This document shows, one piece after another, positions 9,649 to 19,310 of a stretch of DNA of 64,000 nucleotides. The translations under genes and the position numbers were made by a program. The stretch comes from an uncultured bacterium (GTDB taxonomy: Bacteria; Planctomycetota; UBA1135; GCA-002686595): NCBI GenBank assembly GCA_943787795.1, contig CALSNU010000001.1, positions 224,001 through 288,000 of the forward strand. The letters run 5' to 3'. The notes beneath the pieces are model-generated. The model did not search any database. It worked only from the letters and a program-made list of their open reading frames with translations, and was not told the DNA's origin. The number at the start of each line of letters is the position of its first letter. The first letter of the stretch is position 1.

Positions 9649-11293
9649 GCACCTGTTCACCCTCGCTGGCATCGCCGGCCTCTCGCTGTCCGCCCTGGGC
9701 TCCACGGCATGTGCGATGGCAGCCCCGGCAGCCCCGGCAAGCCCGGCAAGCCCGGCAGCCCCGGCGCTCCTGGCGCCGCCGGTCACCGTGGCTCCCACCG
9801 CGACCCAGGACTGGCCCGCGTGGGGGGGCGGCGAGTCGCGGAACATGGCCTCGACGGTCACCGGCCTCCCCGGCGACTTCACCGCCGGGGACTTCAAGCC
9901 CGGCACCGATGAGGTCGACCTCTCCACGACCAAGAACGTCCAGTGGGTCGCCAAGCTCGGCTCCCAGAGCTACGGGAACCCCACGGTCTCCGGCGGGCGC
10001 ATCTTCGTCGGCACCAACAACGACTCGCCCCGCGACCCTCGCTTCAAGGGGGACCGCTCCACGGTCTATTGCCTGGACGAGAAGACAGGCGACTACATCT
10101 GGCAGCTGAACGTGCCCAAGCTCGGCACGGGCAAGGTGTCGGACTGGGAGTACCTGGGCATCTGCTGCTCGCCGACCGTCGACGGGGACGAGGTCTACAT
10201 CGTCACGAACCGCTGCGAGGTCATGTGCCTCGACGTGCACGGCATGGCCAACGGCAACCAGGGGTACCAGGACGAGGGCAAGTACATGGCCTGGCCCTCC
10301 ACGGAGCCCATGGAGGTGACCGACACGGACGCCGACATCCTGTGGGTGTTCAACATGATCGACGAGTGCGGCGTGTTCCCTCACAACATCACCACCAGCG
10401 CGGTGCTGGTGGCGGGGGAGCGCCTCTGGGTCACCTCGTCCAACGGGGTCGACTACGGCCACGTGGAGACGCCGGCGCCCAACGCGCCGAGCCTGCTCCT
10501 CCTGGACAAGCAGACCGGCGCCCTGATCGGCGAGGAGGCCTCGGGCTGCTCCTCGCGCATCTTCCACTCGAACTGGTCCTCGCCCGCGTACCTGCGCAAG
10601 GGCGAGACCGAGCTCTGCATCTTTGGCGGGCCGGACGGCTGGCTCTACGCCTTCAAGCCGGAGCCCATCGAGGGGCCGGACGGGTGGCCGATCCTGGACG
10701 AGGCCTGGCGCTTCGACGCGAACCTGCCCGAGTACCGGATGAAGGACGGCGAGCCCATCAAGTACACGGACCGGGACGGGCCCAGCGAGGTCCTCGCCAC
10801 GCCCATCGTCCACGACGGCAAGGTCTACGCGCCCATCGGCCAGGACCCCGAGCACGGCCCCGGCGTGGGCAACCTGGTGTGCCTCGACCACACGGGCAAG
10901 CAGCTTTGGAACTACTCCAAGATCAACCGCTCGCTCTCGACCCTCGCGGTCTACGACGGGATGGTCTTCGCCTCGGACTTCTCGGGCTACGTCTACTGCC
11001 TCGACGCGTTGACCGGTGAGGAGTACTGGATCTACGACACCAAGGGCCACATCTGGGCCTCGCCCTTCGTGGCGGACGGGAAGGTCTACATCGGGAACGA
11101 GGACGGCTTCCTGACGATCCTCCCCGCCCGCAAGGACGCCGACCCCAAGAAGGAGATGGTCGAGGTCGACATGGTTAGCCCGGTCTACGCCTCGGTGATC
11201 GCGGCGAACGGGGTCCTCTACGTGGGCACCCACACGCACCTCTACGCGGTGGCGGCTGGCGCCGGCGCGGCCAAGGAAGAAGAGGGGCGCTGA
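9641..11293 (+). CDS. Exported PQQ-like beta-propeller protein
   Basis: Signal peptide and Ala/Pro linker, DWPAWGG, GSQSYGNPTVSGGRIFVGTNN, DEKTGDYIW, DALTGEEYW. Overlaps the upstream stop by 8 nt. Confidence 0.85.
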   Translation: MTRHLFTLAGIAGLSLSALGSTACAMAAPAAPASPASPAAPALLAPPVTVAPTATQDWPAWGGGESRNMASTVTGLPGDFTAGDFKPGTDEVDLSTTKNVQWVAKLGSQSYGNPTVSGGRIFVGTNNDSPRDPRFKGDRSTVYCLDEKTGDYIWQLNVPKLGTGKVSDWEYLGICCSPTVDGDEVYIVTNRCEVMCLDVHGMANGNQGYQDEGKYMAWPSTEPMEVTDTDADILWVFNMIDECGVFPHNITTSAVLVAGERLWVTSSNGVDYGHVETPAPNAPSLLLLDKQTGALIGEEASGCSSRIFHSNWSSPAYLRKGETELCIFGGPDGWLYAFKPEPIEGPDGWPILDEAWRFDANLPEYRMKDGEPIKYTDRDGPSEVLATPIVHDGKVYAPIGQDPEHGPGVGNLVCLDHTGKQLWNYSKINRSLSTLAVYDGMVFASDFSGYVYCLDALTGEEYWIYDTKGHIWASPFVADGKVYIGNEDGFLTILPARKDADPKKEMVEVDMVSPVYASVIAANGVLYVGTHTHLYAVAAGAGAAKEEEGR

Positions 11294-11300
11294 GGGCCGC

Positions 11301-11555
11301 ATGTCCGGCAGCGCACGCATCGGATGGGGCCTGATGGCCGTCATCACGGTCCTCCACTTCGACTTCTGGAACTGGGAGACGACCTCGGTGGTCTTCGGGT
11401 TCATGCCCAAGGGCCTCGCCTGGCAGGCAGGCATCTCGCTCGCCGCCGCGGCGGGCTGGGCGCTGCTCATGAACGTCGCGTGGCCCTCCCGCGTCGAGGA
11501 CTGGGCGGCCCAACCGTCGTCCCTCGACGGTGAGTCCTCGGAGGACCCCTCGTGA
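11301..11555 (+). CDS. DUF3311-like small membrane protein, partner of the solute symporter
   Basis: 84 aa, two TM helices, LHFDFWNW...FGFMP.GLAW. GTGA overlap with the symporter start. Confidence 0.75.
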   Translation: MSGSARIGWGLMAVITVLHFDFWNWETTSVVFGFMPKGLAWQAGISLAAAAGWALLMNVAWPSRVEDWAAQPSSLDGESSEDPS

Positions 11556-13138
11556 TGGCCCTGCTCCTCCCCGCGGCCGAGACGGCGTCACGCACGCCGC
11601 TGCTCGTCGTTGGCTTCTACCTGCTGCTGCTGATCGGCCTTGGGGTCCTCTCCAGTCGCCTGTTCCGCGGGACGTCCGCCGACTTCTTCGTGGCGGAGCG
11701 GTCCATCGGGCCGTTCCTGCTGCTCATGAGCGTGTTCGGCACGACCATGACCGCCTTCGCCCTGGTCGGCTCCACGGGCAAGGCGTGGGAGCTCGGCAAC
11801 GGCGTGTACGGGCTGATGGCCTCGGCCTCAGGGATCGTGCACTCGGCGGTGTTCTTCCTGGTGGGGATCAAGCTGTGGGCCATCGGCAAGCGCCACGGCT
11901 TCCGCACCCAGGTGCAGTACTTCCGGGGCCGCTTCCAGTCGAACCTCCTGGGCTACCTGCTGTTTCCGATCCTGGTGGCGCTGGTCGTGCCCTACCTGTT
12001 GATCGGCCTGCTGGGCGCCGGCGCGGTCATGCGCGGCGTGACCGTGGGCATGTTCCCCGAGACCTTCGCGGGCACCACCCTGCCGAACGGCCGGGTGATG
12101 TTCGAGGGCTCGATCCCGCCCTGGATCACGGGGCTCGTGGTCTGCGCCGTGGTGCTCTTCTACATCTTCGCCGGCGGCCTGCGCTCCGCGGCCTGGGCGA
12201 ACGCCTTCCAGACCATCGTGTTCATGATCACGGGCGTGATCGCCTTCGTCTTGATCTCGAGCAAGCTCGGGGGGATGGACGCCGCGACCCAGGCGGTGAT
12301 CGATAACTCGCCCGACCACATGACCCGGGCGCGGATCGGCAAGCTGCAGTTCGTGACCTACATGTTCGTGCCGCTGTCGGTGGGCATGTTCCCGCACCTG
12401 TTCCAGCACTGGCTCACGGCCAAGAAGGCGTCGACCTTCAAGCTGACGACGGTGGCGCACCCGCTGTTCATCGGGGTGGTCTGGGTGCCCTGCATCCTGA
12501 TCGGCATCTGGGCCGCGGGCGCGGGGATCATGCCTCCGGGCGGCAACCCGAACGCCCTGCTGCCCAAGATCGTCCAGACCCTGCTCCAGGACCCCTACCT
12601 CACGGGGCTCCTCACCGCCGGCATCCTGGCCGCCATCATGTCGTCCCTGGACTCCCAGTTCGTCTGTCTGGGGACCATGTTCACCCACGACATCGTCATG
12701 CACGCTGCTGGGGAGAAGCGCTTCTCCGACCGGGCCCAGGTGATGCTGGGACGGGGGTTCATCGTCTTCGTGGTGGGGGTGACCTACCTGCTGACGTTCT
12801 TCCCGCCGCCCAAGATCTTCGATCTGGCCGTGTGGTGCTTCAGCGGCTTCGCGGCCCTGTTCCCCCTGGTCTTCGCCTCGATCTACTGGCGCAGAACGAC
12901 GCGGGCGGGGGCCATCGCCTCGGTCCTGGCCATGGTGGTGACCTGGGGCACCTTGTTCTACGAAGGGCTCATCAGGCCGACCCTGGCCGGCGAAGAGATG
13001 GAAGGCGACTTCCTGGTGGCCGGAATGATGCCGGTCACCCTGATCTTCGCCGCCTCCACAGCTGCCCTGGTCCTCGTCAGCCTCATGACGAAGCCCCCCT
13101 CCGACGAGCACGTCGAGCAGTTCATGGTGGAGTCCTGA
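11552..13138 (+). CDS. Sodium:solute symporter (SSS family)
   Basis: About 13 hydrophobic segments, DFFVAERSIG, YIFAGGLRSAAWANAFQ, GILAAIMSSLDSQ. Confidence 0.92.
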   Translation: MMALLLPAAETASRTPLLVVGFYLLLLIGLGVLSSRLFRGTSADFFVAERSIGPFLLLMSVFGTTMTAFALVGSTGKAWELGNGVYGLMASASGIVHSAVFFLVGIKLWAIGKRHGFRTQVQYFRGRFQSNLLGYLLFPILVALVVPYLLIGLLGAGAVMRGVTVGMFPETFAGTTLPNGRVMFEGSIPPWITGLVVCAVVLFYIFAGGLRSAAWANAFQTIVFMITGVIAFVLISSKLGGMDAATQAVIDNSPDHMTRARIGKLQFVTYMFVPLSVGMFPHLFQHWLTAKKASTFKLTTVAHPLFIGVVWVPCILIGIWAAGAGIMPPGGNPNALLPKIVQTLLQDPYLTGLLTAGILAAIMSSLDSQFVCLGTMFTHDIVMHAAGEKRFSDRAQVMLGRGFIVFVVGVTYLLTFFPPPKIFDLAVWCFSGFAALFPLVFASIYWRRTTRAGAIASVLAMVVTWGTLFYEGLIRPTLAGEEMEGDFLVAGMMPVTLIFAASTAALVLVSLMTKPPSDEHVEQFMVES

Positions 13139-13160
13139 TCCACCCCCTCTCTCTCCGAGC

Positions 13161-14243
13161 ATGACCGCAGTCTCCAACGACCGGATCGAGGCCGCCCAGG
13201 CGGCCCTCGATGCCCACGTCCGCGACATCATCGCGCACCACTTCTCCCCCGAGACCGGGACCCCCGTATGGCTGGACTACGCCAAGTCCGCAGGCTGGGA
13301 TCCGCGCGAGGAGGTCCGCTCCTTCGCGGACCTCATCGAGCGCTTCGATAACTTCGACGGGGAGCGGCTGCGCACCGACGCCCACGAGATGTGGATCCCC
13401 CGCGCCTTTGCGGGCCGGCCCTTCACGATCTTCGAGACCGGCGGCTCCACGGGCATGCCCAAGCAGCGCATCGGCTGGGACGACTACAAGCTCGACTACG
13501 AGGAGTTCTCCGAGCTCCTCGACGACGAGGCCTTCCCCCCCGGCGGCTACTGGTTGATGGTCGGCCCCACCGGGCCCCGGCGCCTGCGCCTCGCCATCGA
13601 GCACCTCGCCAACCACCGCGGCTCCTCGTGCTACTTCGTGGACCTCGACCCGCGCTGGGTGAAGAAGCTGATCTCCTCGGGCCAAGGGGACCAGGCCAAG
13701 GACTACATGCGCCACGTGGTCGATCAGGCCCTGAGCATCCTCAAGCACCGCAAGGTGGACGCGCTCTTCACGACGCCGCGGCTGCTCGAGGCGCTGGGCG
13801 ACGAGATCTCGATCCCCGACGCCGGCATCAAGGGCGTCTTCTGCGGCGGCACCGAGATGGACCCCCAGAACGTGCGCTTCCTCTGCGAGGAGATCCTCGA
13901 GGGGCAGGTCGGCTTCGTGCCCACCTACGGCAACACGCTCATGGGCCTCGCCTGCCACAAGAAGGGCTTCGAGCAGGAGAACTACTCGATCACCTACTAC
14001 GCGCCGCAGCCCCGCGCGGTCCTGCGCGTGACCGACCCCGAGGACTCGCGCAAGCTCGTGGACCACGGCGAGTGGGGCCGCGTGGAGCTCACGACCCTGA
14101 CCCACGAGTTCTTCCTGCCGCGCTTCCTCGAGCGCGACGCCGCCAAGCGCATCGCGCCCTGCGAGGACTTCGCCTGGGATGGCGTGGCCGAGGTGAAGCC
14201 CTACGCCAAGAACGAGGAGAAGATCGTGGAGGGCGTCTATTGA
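13161..14243 (+). CDS. EhpF/GriC-like atypical adenylating enzyme (aryl-carboxylate activating subunit)
   Basis: HFSPETGTPVW, P-loop FETGGSTGMPK, PTGP, DLDPRWVKK, FTTPRLL, GGTEM, YGNT, ERD and terminal IVEGVY match in order my recollection of the phenazine-modifying enzyme EhpF. Confidence 0.78.
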   Translation: MTAVSNDRIEAAQAALDAHVRDIIAHHFSPETGTPVWLDYAKSAGWDPREEVRSFADLIERFDNFDGERLRTDAHEMWIPRAFAGRPFTIFETGGSTGMPKQRIGWDDYKLDYEEFSELLDDEAFPPGGYWLMVGPTGPRRLRLAIEHLANHRGSSCYFVDLDPRWVKKLISSGQGDQAKDYMRHVVDQALSILKHRKVDALFTTPRLLEALGDEISIPDAGIKGVFCGGTEMDPQNVRFLCEEILEGQVGFVPTYGNTLMGLACHKKGFEQENYSITYYAPQPRAVLRVTDPEDSRKLVDHGEWGRVELTTLTHEFFLPRFLERDAAKRIAPCEDFAWDGVAEVKPYAKNEEKIVEGVY

Positions 14244-15694
14244 GCGCTGCAGCCAGTGACGTCCCGCACTTCCCGGTGCTGCGGGCGGGCAAGGAGTACT
14301 CCAGCCTCGACCGGGTCGAGCTGACCTCGCACCGCGACGGCAGCGTCGTCGCCTCCATCAGCCAGGCAAACGCCGGGCTGGTGCGGCGAGACATGCGCAA
14401 GCTCGACCAGAACACCGAGCGGCTGCGGGCCATGCCCATGGCCGAGCGGATCGAGCGCTGCCGCGAGGCGGCGCGGATCTTCCTGGAGGACGACCTGCCC
14501 ATCGGCGACGGCGTGATGCAGTCCGCCGACGACTACGTCGCGCAGCTCAGCTCCACCAGCGGCCTGCCCCACGTGATGGTGCGGGCCAACATGGAGAAGT
14601 GCGCCTTCGTCCTCGCCGAGATGACCACCATCCTGCGCGGCCTCATGCGCGGCATGGACCCCGGCGTGCTCGACCAGGGCTACGGGGACCACGACGGCGT
14701 GCCCGTGTGGTACACGCCCAGCGCCCGCGCCCTGGGCGCGGTGCTCCCGAGCAACTCGCCTGGCGTCCACTCGCTCTGGATCCCGTCCATCGCCCTCGGC
14801 GTGCCCCTGGCCCTCAAGCCGGGCCGCGAGGAGCCCTGGACGCCCATGCGCATCGCGCGGGCGATGATGGCCGCGGGCTTCCCGTCGGAGGCCTTCAGCC
14901 TCTATCCCACCGACCACGAAGGGGCCGGCACCCTGCTCGAGTGCTGCGACCGCTCCCTGCTCTTCGGCGACGCCCGCGTGGCCGAGAAGTACGCCGGCGA
15001 CCCGCGCATCGAGATCCACGGGCCCGGCCGCAGCAAGGTGCTGGTGGGGGACGACGTGGCGGACGACTGGGAGCAGTTCATGGACGTCTACGTGGACTCG
15101 GTGGCCCGCAACGGCGGCCGGAGCTGCATCAACGCCTCCGCGATCTATATCCCGCGCCACGGCGAGGCCCTCGCCGAGGCGCTCGCCGCGCGCCTCGCCC
15201 AGATCGAGCCGCGACCCCACGACGACCCGGACGCGCAGATCGCCGCCTTCGCCAACCCGGCGTTTGCCGACATGATGAGCGGCGCGATCGACGCCGGCAT
15301 CGAGAAGGGCGGCGCCCACGACGTGACCATGGCGGCGCGGGGCGGCTCGGCTCGCCGCGCGGAGCTCGGCTGCTCGGTCTACCTGCGTCCGACCGTGGTG
15401 CGCTGCGACTCGATGGAGCACCCCCTCGCGAACACCGAGTACATGTTCCCCTTCACCAGCGTGGTGGAGGTGCCCCAGGAGCGCATGCTCGAGGTCATGG
15501 GCCCGAGCCTCGTGGTCTCCGCGCTCAGCCGAGACGCTGCCTTCCTGCAGTCGCTCACCACGAGCCCGCTGATCAGCCGGCTGAACGTCGGGCCGGTCCC
15601 CACCTCCACGGTGGAGTGGGATCAACCCCACGAGGGCAACCTGTTCGAGTTCCTGCACGAGCGCCGCGCGCTCCAGCGCGCCGCCGGCTGGTAG
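14240..15694 (+). CDS. Aldehyde dehydrogenase-fold protein, GriD/EhpG-like (acyl-adenylate reductase subunit)
   Basis: TTG start overlapping the upstream TGA. LPSNSPGVH, LKPGREEP, HGPGRSK, catalytic Cys in NGGRSCINAS, EYMFPF, QPHEGNL. Confidence 0.8.
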   Translation: MSAAASDVPHFPVLRAGKEYSSLDRVELTSHRDGSVVASISQANAGLVRRDMRKLDQNTERLRAMPMAERIERCREAARIFLEDDLPIGDGVMQSADDYVAQLSSTSGLPHVMVRANMEKCAFVLAEMTTILRGLMRGMDPGVLDQGYGDHDGVPVWYTPSARALGAVLPSNSPGVHSLWIPSIALGVPLALKPGREEPWTPMRIARAMMAAGFPSEAFSLYPTDHEGAGTLLECCDRSLLFGDARVAEKYAGDPRIEIHGPGRSKVLVGDDVADDWEQFMDVYVDSVARNGGRSCINASAIYIPRHGEALAEALAARLAQIEPRPHDDPDAQIAAFANPAFADMMSGAIDAGIEKGGAHDVTMAARGGSARRAELGCSVYLRPTVVRCDSMEHPLANTEYMFPFTSVVEVPQERMLEVMGPSLVVSALSRDAAFLQSLTTSPLISRLNVGPVPTSTVEWDQPHEGNLFEFLHERRALQRAAGW

Positions 15695-15705
15695 GCAGCG
15701 GGCCC

Positions 15706-16878
15706 ATGTTCCGCGAGGACGAGCGCACACGGGTCATCGAGGCGTCCGGGGGGCTGGCCCGCCTGGGGGCGCTGGCCGCAGAGCTCGGCGGGTCGCGGGT
15801 CATGGTGGTCTCCGACCCCGGGGTCGCCGCTGCCGGGCACGCGGCGCGGGCGGCGGAGGTGCTGAGGAGCGCTGGGCTCGAGGTCGAACTCCACATCGAC
15901 GTCGCGGAGAACCCGAAGAGCAGCGACGTGGCCAAGGCGGCCGCCGTGGCGGCCGCGTTTGGTCCGGACCTCTATGTCGCGGTGGGCGGTGGGAGCGCCA
16001 TCGACACCGCCAAGGGCGCGAACTTCGTGGAGGTGTGCGGCGGCCGTATGGAGGACTACCGCGGGCATGACACCGCCACGGCCGCCCTCCGACCGCTCAT
16101 CGCGGTGCCCACGACCGCGGGGACCGGGTCCGAGGTCCAGTCGTTCGCGCTCATCGGGGACGGCGAGACGGGGGCCAAGATGGCCTGCGGCGACCCCTCC
16201 GCGGCACCACGGGCCGCGCTCCTCGACCCCGAGCTGACCCTCTCGATGCCCCGCCGAGTCACGGCCATGACGGGCCTGGACACCCTTGCTCACGCCGTGG
16301 AGAGCGCGGTCGCGCGGCCCCGTGACCCGTCCACCGACGGCCGCAGCCGGGAGTACGGCTGCTCCGCCTTCGCCCTCGTCAGCGCGGGGCTGCCCCGGGT
16401 GCTCGAGGCGCCCGGGGACCTGGACGCGCGGGCCAGCATGATGCGGGCGTCCGCGCTGGCGGGCCTCGCCATCGAGCACGCCATGCTCGGGGTCGCTCAC
16501 TCCATGGCCAACCCCCTCACCCGCCACCACGGCGTTCCCCATGGCCTGGCCGTTGGCCTGATGTTGCCCCACGTGGTGCGCTTCAACGCGGCGGATGACT
16601 CGGCCGCCGGGGACACGATCCGCGGGACCTATGCGGCCCTCGCCGCAGCGGCTGGCCTGGATGGAGCCAGCGACGCGGCCCTCGCCGGGGCCCTGGCCGA
16701 TCGGTGCGCGCGCCTCCTCGAGCTCTCCGGGCTGAGCACCGGCCTACGGCAGCTCGGGGTCACGGCCGCAGACCTCCCCGTCCTCGCGGCCGAGGCGGAC
16801 GAGCAGTGGACGGCTCGCTTCAACCCCCGCGGGGTGGACGCGGCGGCCTTCGAGGGGCTGCTGAGCGCCGCGCTCTGA
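15706..16878 (+). CDS. Iron-containing alcohol dehydrogenase
   Basis: VAVGGGSAIDTAK, PTTAGTGSE, LLDPELT, DTLAHAVE, HSMANPL...PHG (metal-binding Asp/His). Confidence 0.9.
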   Translation: MFREDERTRVIEASGGLARLGALAAELGGSRVMVVSDPGVAAAGHAARAAEVLRSAGLEVELHIDVAENPKSSDVAKAAAVAAAFGPDLYVAVGGGSAIDTAKGANFVEVCGGRMEDYRGHDTATAALRPLIAVPTTAGTGSEVQSFALIGDGETGAKMACGDPSAAPRAALLDPELTLSMPRRVTAMTGLDTLAHAVESAVARPRDPSTDGRSREYGCSAFALVSAGLPRVLEAPGDLDARASMMRASALAGLAIEHAMLGVAHSMANPLTRHHGVPHGLAVGLMLPHVVRFNAADDSAAGDTIRGTYAALAAAAGLDGASDAALAGALADRCARLLELSGLSTGLRQLGVTAADLPVLAAEADEQWTARFNPRGVDAAAFEGLLSAAL

Positions 16879-17060
16879 CGGCACCTGGGGCGCCTCCGGC
16901 GCCGGGTGGCCTGTCGCGATCTGGGGGTCTCGAGGGCCCGTAAGGTGGCGCCGTTGGGGGTCGCCGCTGATCTCGCCGGAGAGGCCGTGCGTCGCTCGCC
17001 GAATCCCGCACACTCTGGCGCTCTCCGGCGCCCCCATGGGGGGCCAGGGACGACCCCTCC

Positions 17061-19262
17061 ATGACCGACTCACGCGCGCCCAGCTACGGACGGTTCGGCA
17101 CCTTCGGTGGTGTCTTCACGCCGTGCACGCTCACGATCCTGGGCGTGATCATGTTCCTGCGCTTCGGCCAGGTCGTGGGCAACGCGGGGCTGTGGTCGGC
17201 GATCGGGATCGTGCTGCTCGCCAAGGCGATCACCACCATCACCGCCTTCTCGCTGTCGGCCATCGCCACCAACACCCAGGTGAAGAGCGGGGGGGCCTAC
17301 TACATGATCAGCCGCTCCCTGGGAGCGGAGTTCGGAGGCTCCATCGGGCTGGTGTTCTTCCTGGCCCAGGCGGCCTCGGTCGCCCTGTACGTGATCGGCT
17401 TCACCGAGGCGCTGGTCGCGACCTTTCCTGGTCTCGAAGGGAACTTCCGCTGGGCCGCGAGCGCGGTCAACCTGGTGGTCTTCGCGTGCGTGTACGTCGG
17501 GGCCGGGTGGACCATCCGGCTGCAGTACGGGATCCTGGCCGTGCTCTTCATCGCGGTGCTGTCCTTTGCCGCCGGCGCGCTGATGAGCTTCGACGTGGAG
17601 ATCCTCCGCGCGAACCTGGGGTCGGGCTACGCGGAGGGCCAGAGCGCCCTCACCATGTTCGCCCTCTTCTTCCCCGCCGCCACGGGGATCATGGCCGGCG
17701 CCAACCTGTCAGGGGACCTGAAGGATCCCGCTCGCTCCATCCCCCGCGGGACGCTGGCGTCGATCGGCTTCACGGGGCTGATCTACATCACGATGGGGGT
17801 CCTGCTGGCGGGAGCCGCTCCGCGGGCCTTCCTGCAGACGAGCAACATGGTCGTTCGCGAGACGGCGGCGGTGCCGGTGCTGATCACCGCCGGGATCTTC
17901 GCGGCCACGCTGTCCTCGGCCATCGGGTCCATGATGGGGGCCCCGCGGATCCTCCAGGCGCTGGCGCGGGACGGGATCTTCAAGCGCCTGCAGGTCTTCT
18001 CCAGCGGCGACAAGGCCACCAACGAGCCGCGGCCTGCGATCGTCCTCACGTTCGCGATCGCGCAGGTCGGCGTGATGGTCGGGACCCTCGACCTGATCGC
18101 GCCGATCATCACCATGTTCTTCATGGTGACCTACGGCTACCTGAACTTCGCCACGTTCAGGGAGTCGTACTCGCGGAACCCCTCCTATCGGCCGACGTTC
18201 CGCTACGCCCACTGGACCCTCGCCCTCGCGGGCGGCGTGGCGTGCGCGGCGGTGATGCTGCTCATCGCGCCGGGCTGGGCGATGGCCTCGGCTGCGCTGA
18301 TGTTCGCGCTGCACCGGTTCATCTCCAAGCAGAAGATCCGGACCTCCTGGGGCGACGTGCGCAGCGGCGCGGCCTACGAGCGCGCGCGCAAGGAGCTGCG
18401 CCGGCTAGAGGACGAGCACTACCACCCGAAGAACTGGCGGCCGGCGATCCTGGCCTTCAGCGGCGCGGTCGCGGGGCGGCCTCGGACGGCGGTCTTCGCC
18501 AACTGGCTCTGCGCCGGCCGGGGGATCCTGAGCATCGGCCAGGTCATCCCCGGTGACGTGGAGGACCTGGTGGAGCGTCGCCGCGGGCAGGAGAAGGCGC
18601 TCCGGAAGTTCATCCAGAAGCATCAGGTCGACGCGTTCCCGGCGGTGGTGGTGTCCAACGACCGCCAGCGAGGCATCGAGGCGCTGGTGCAGTGTCACGG
18701 GCTCGGGGGCCTCCGGCCGAACTCGGTGATGGGCGACTGGATCCGGGAGGGCGACGATGCCGAGGACTACGTCCACGCGCTGCGTCGGGTCTCCATGCTC
18801 GGTCAGAGCCTCCTGCTCTTCTCCAGCCGGGTGGACCCTGATTCGGACCCTCACGAGGTGCCCACCGGGACCGTGGACGTCTGGTGGCGAGGCAAGGAGA
18901 ACGGGTCGCTGATGGTGCTGCTCGCCCACATGCTGGTGCAGAACGCCGACTGGCGCGGCCGGCACGTGCGCCTCCTGCGGGTGGTCAACAACGAGGCGGC
19001 CCTCGAGGAGACCGAGCGGCACCTGAAGGACCTGGTGCAGCGGGCGCGGATCGAGGCCCGCGTTCAGGTCGTCGTCTCGGACTCGGCGGTGCACGCGATC
19101 CACGAGGTCTCTCGCCACGCGGCGGTGGTCTTCCTCGGGTTCAAGGTCCCGGACGAGGACAGCGGCGCGCCCGACTTCGTGGACACCAACGACGCCTTGG
19201 TGGGGGGGCTGCGGACGGTCTTCCTCGTGAACAGCGCTGGCGACGCCTCCCTGGACGTCTGA
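17061..19262 (+). CDS. Cation-chloride cotransporter (SLC12/CCC, APC superfamily) homologue
   Basis: FGTFGGVFTP, GGAYYMISRSLGAEFGGSIG, FFPAATGIMAGANLSGDLKDP, HPKNWRP, GLGGLRPN, DVWW; 12 TM segments plus a cytoplasmic C-terminal domain. Confidence 0.88.
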   Translation: MTDSRAPSYGRFGTFGGVFTPCTLTILGVIMFLRFGQVVGNAGLWSAIGIVLLAKAITTITAFSLSAIATNTQVKSGGAYYMISRSLGAEFGGSIGLVFFLAQAASVALYVIGFTEALVATFPGLEGNFRWAASAVNLVVFACVYVGAGWTIRLQYGILAVLFIAVLSFAAGALMSFDVEILRANLGSGYAEGQSALTMFALFFPAATGIMAGANLSGDLKDPARSIPRGTLASIGFTGLIYITMGVLLAGAAPRAFLQTSNMVVRETAAVPVLITAGIFAATLSSAIGSMMGAPRILQALARDGIFKRLQVFSSGDKATNEPRPAIVLTFAIAQVGVMVGTLDLIAPIITMFFMVTYGYLNFATFRESYSRNPSYRPTFRYAHWTLALAGGVACAAVMLLIAPGWAMASAALMFALHRFISKQKIRTSWGDVRSGAAYERARKELRRLEDEHYHPKNWRPAILAFSGAVAGRPRTAVFANWLCAGRGILSIGQVIPGDVEDLVERRRGQEKALRKFIQKHQVDAFPAVVVSNDRQRGIEALVQCHGLGGLRPNSVMGDWIREGDDAEDYVHALRRVSMLGQSLLLFSSRVDPDSDPHEVPTGTVDVWWRGKENGSLMVLLAHMLVQNADWRGRHVRLLRVVNNEAALEETERHLKDLVQRARIEARVQVVVSDSAVHAIHEVSRHAAVVFLGFKVPDEDSGAPDFVDTNDALVGGLRTVFLVNSAGDASLDV

Positions 19263-19310
19263 GAGTCAGTCTCTGACGGCGTGCGGGCGGCGCGGCGCTA
19301 GGATGGCGTC

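Noticed and set aside
9719..9765. 9-bp repeats in the propeller gene N-terminus
   Set aside because: They encode an ordinary Ala/Pro/Ser linker after the signal peptide.
13161..15694. Phenazine biosynthesis cluster or lux (LuxE/LuxC) bioluminescence operon
   Set aside because: No phzA/B/D/E/F/G or luxA/B/D genes are in the window; only the reductase-like module is present.
13391..15705. Long N-terminal extensions of the ALDH (from 13391) and Fe-ADH (from 14599) ORFs as fusions
   Set aside because: They are Arg/Pro-rich off-frame readings of the upstream genes, typical of high-GC DNA.
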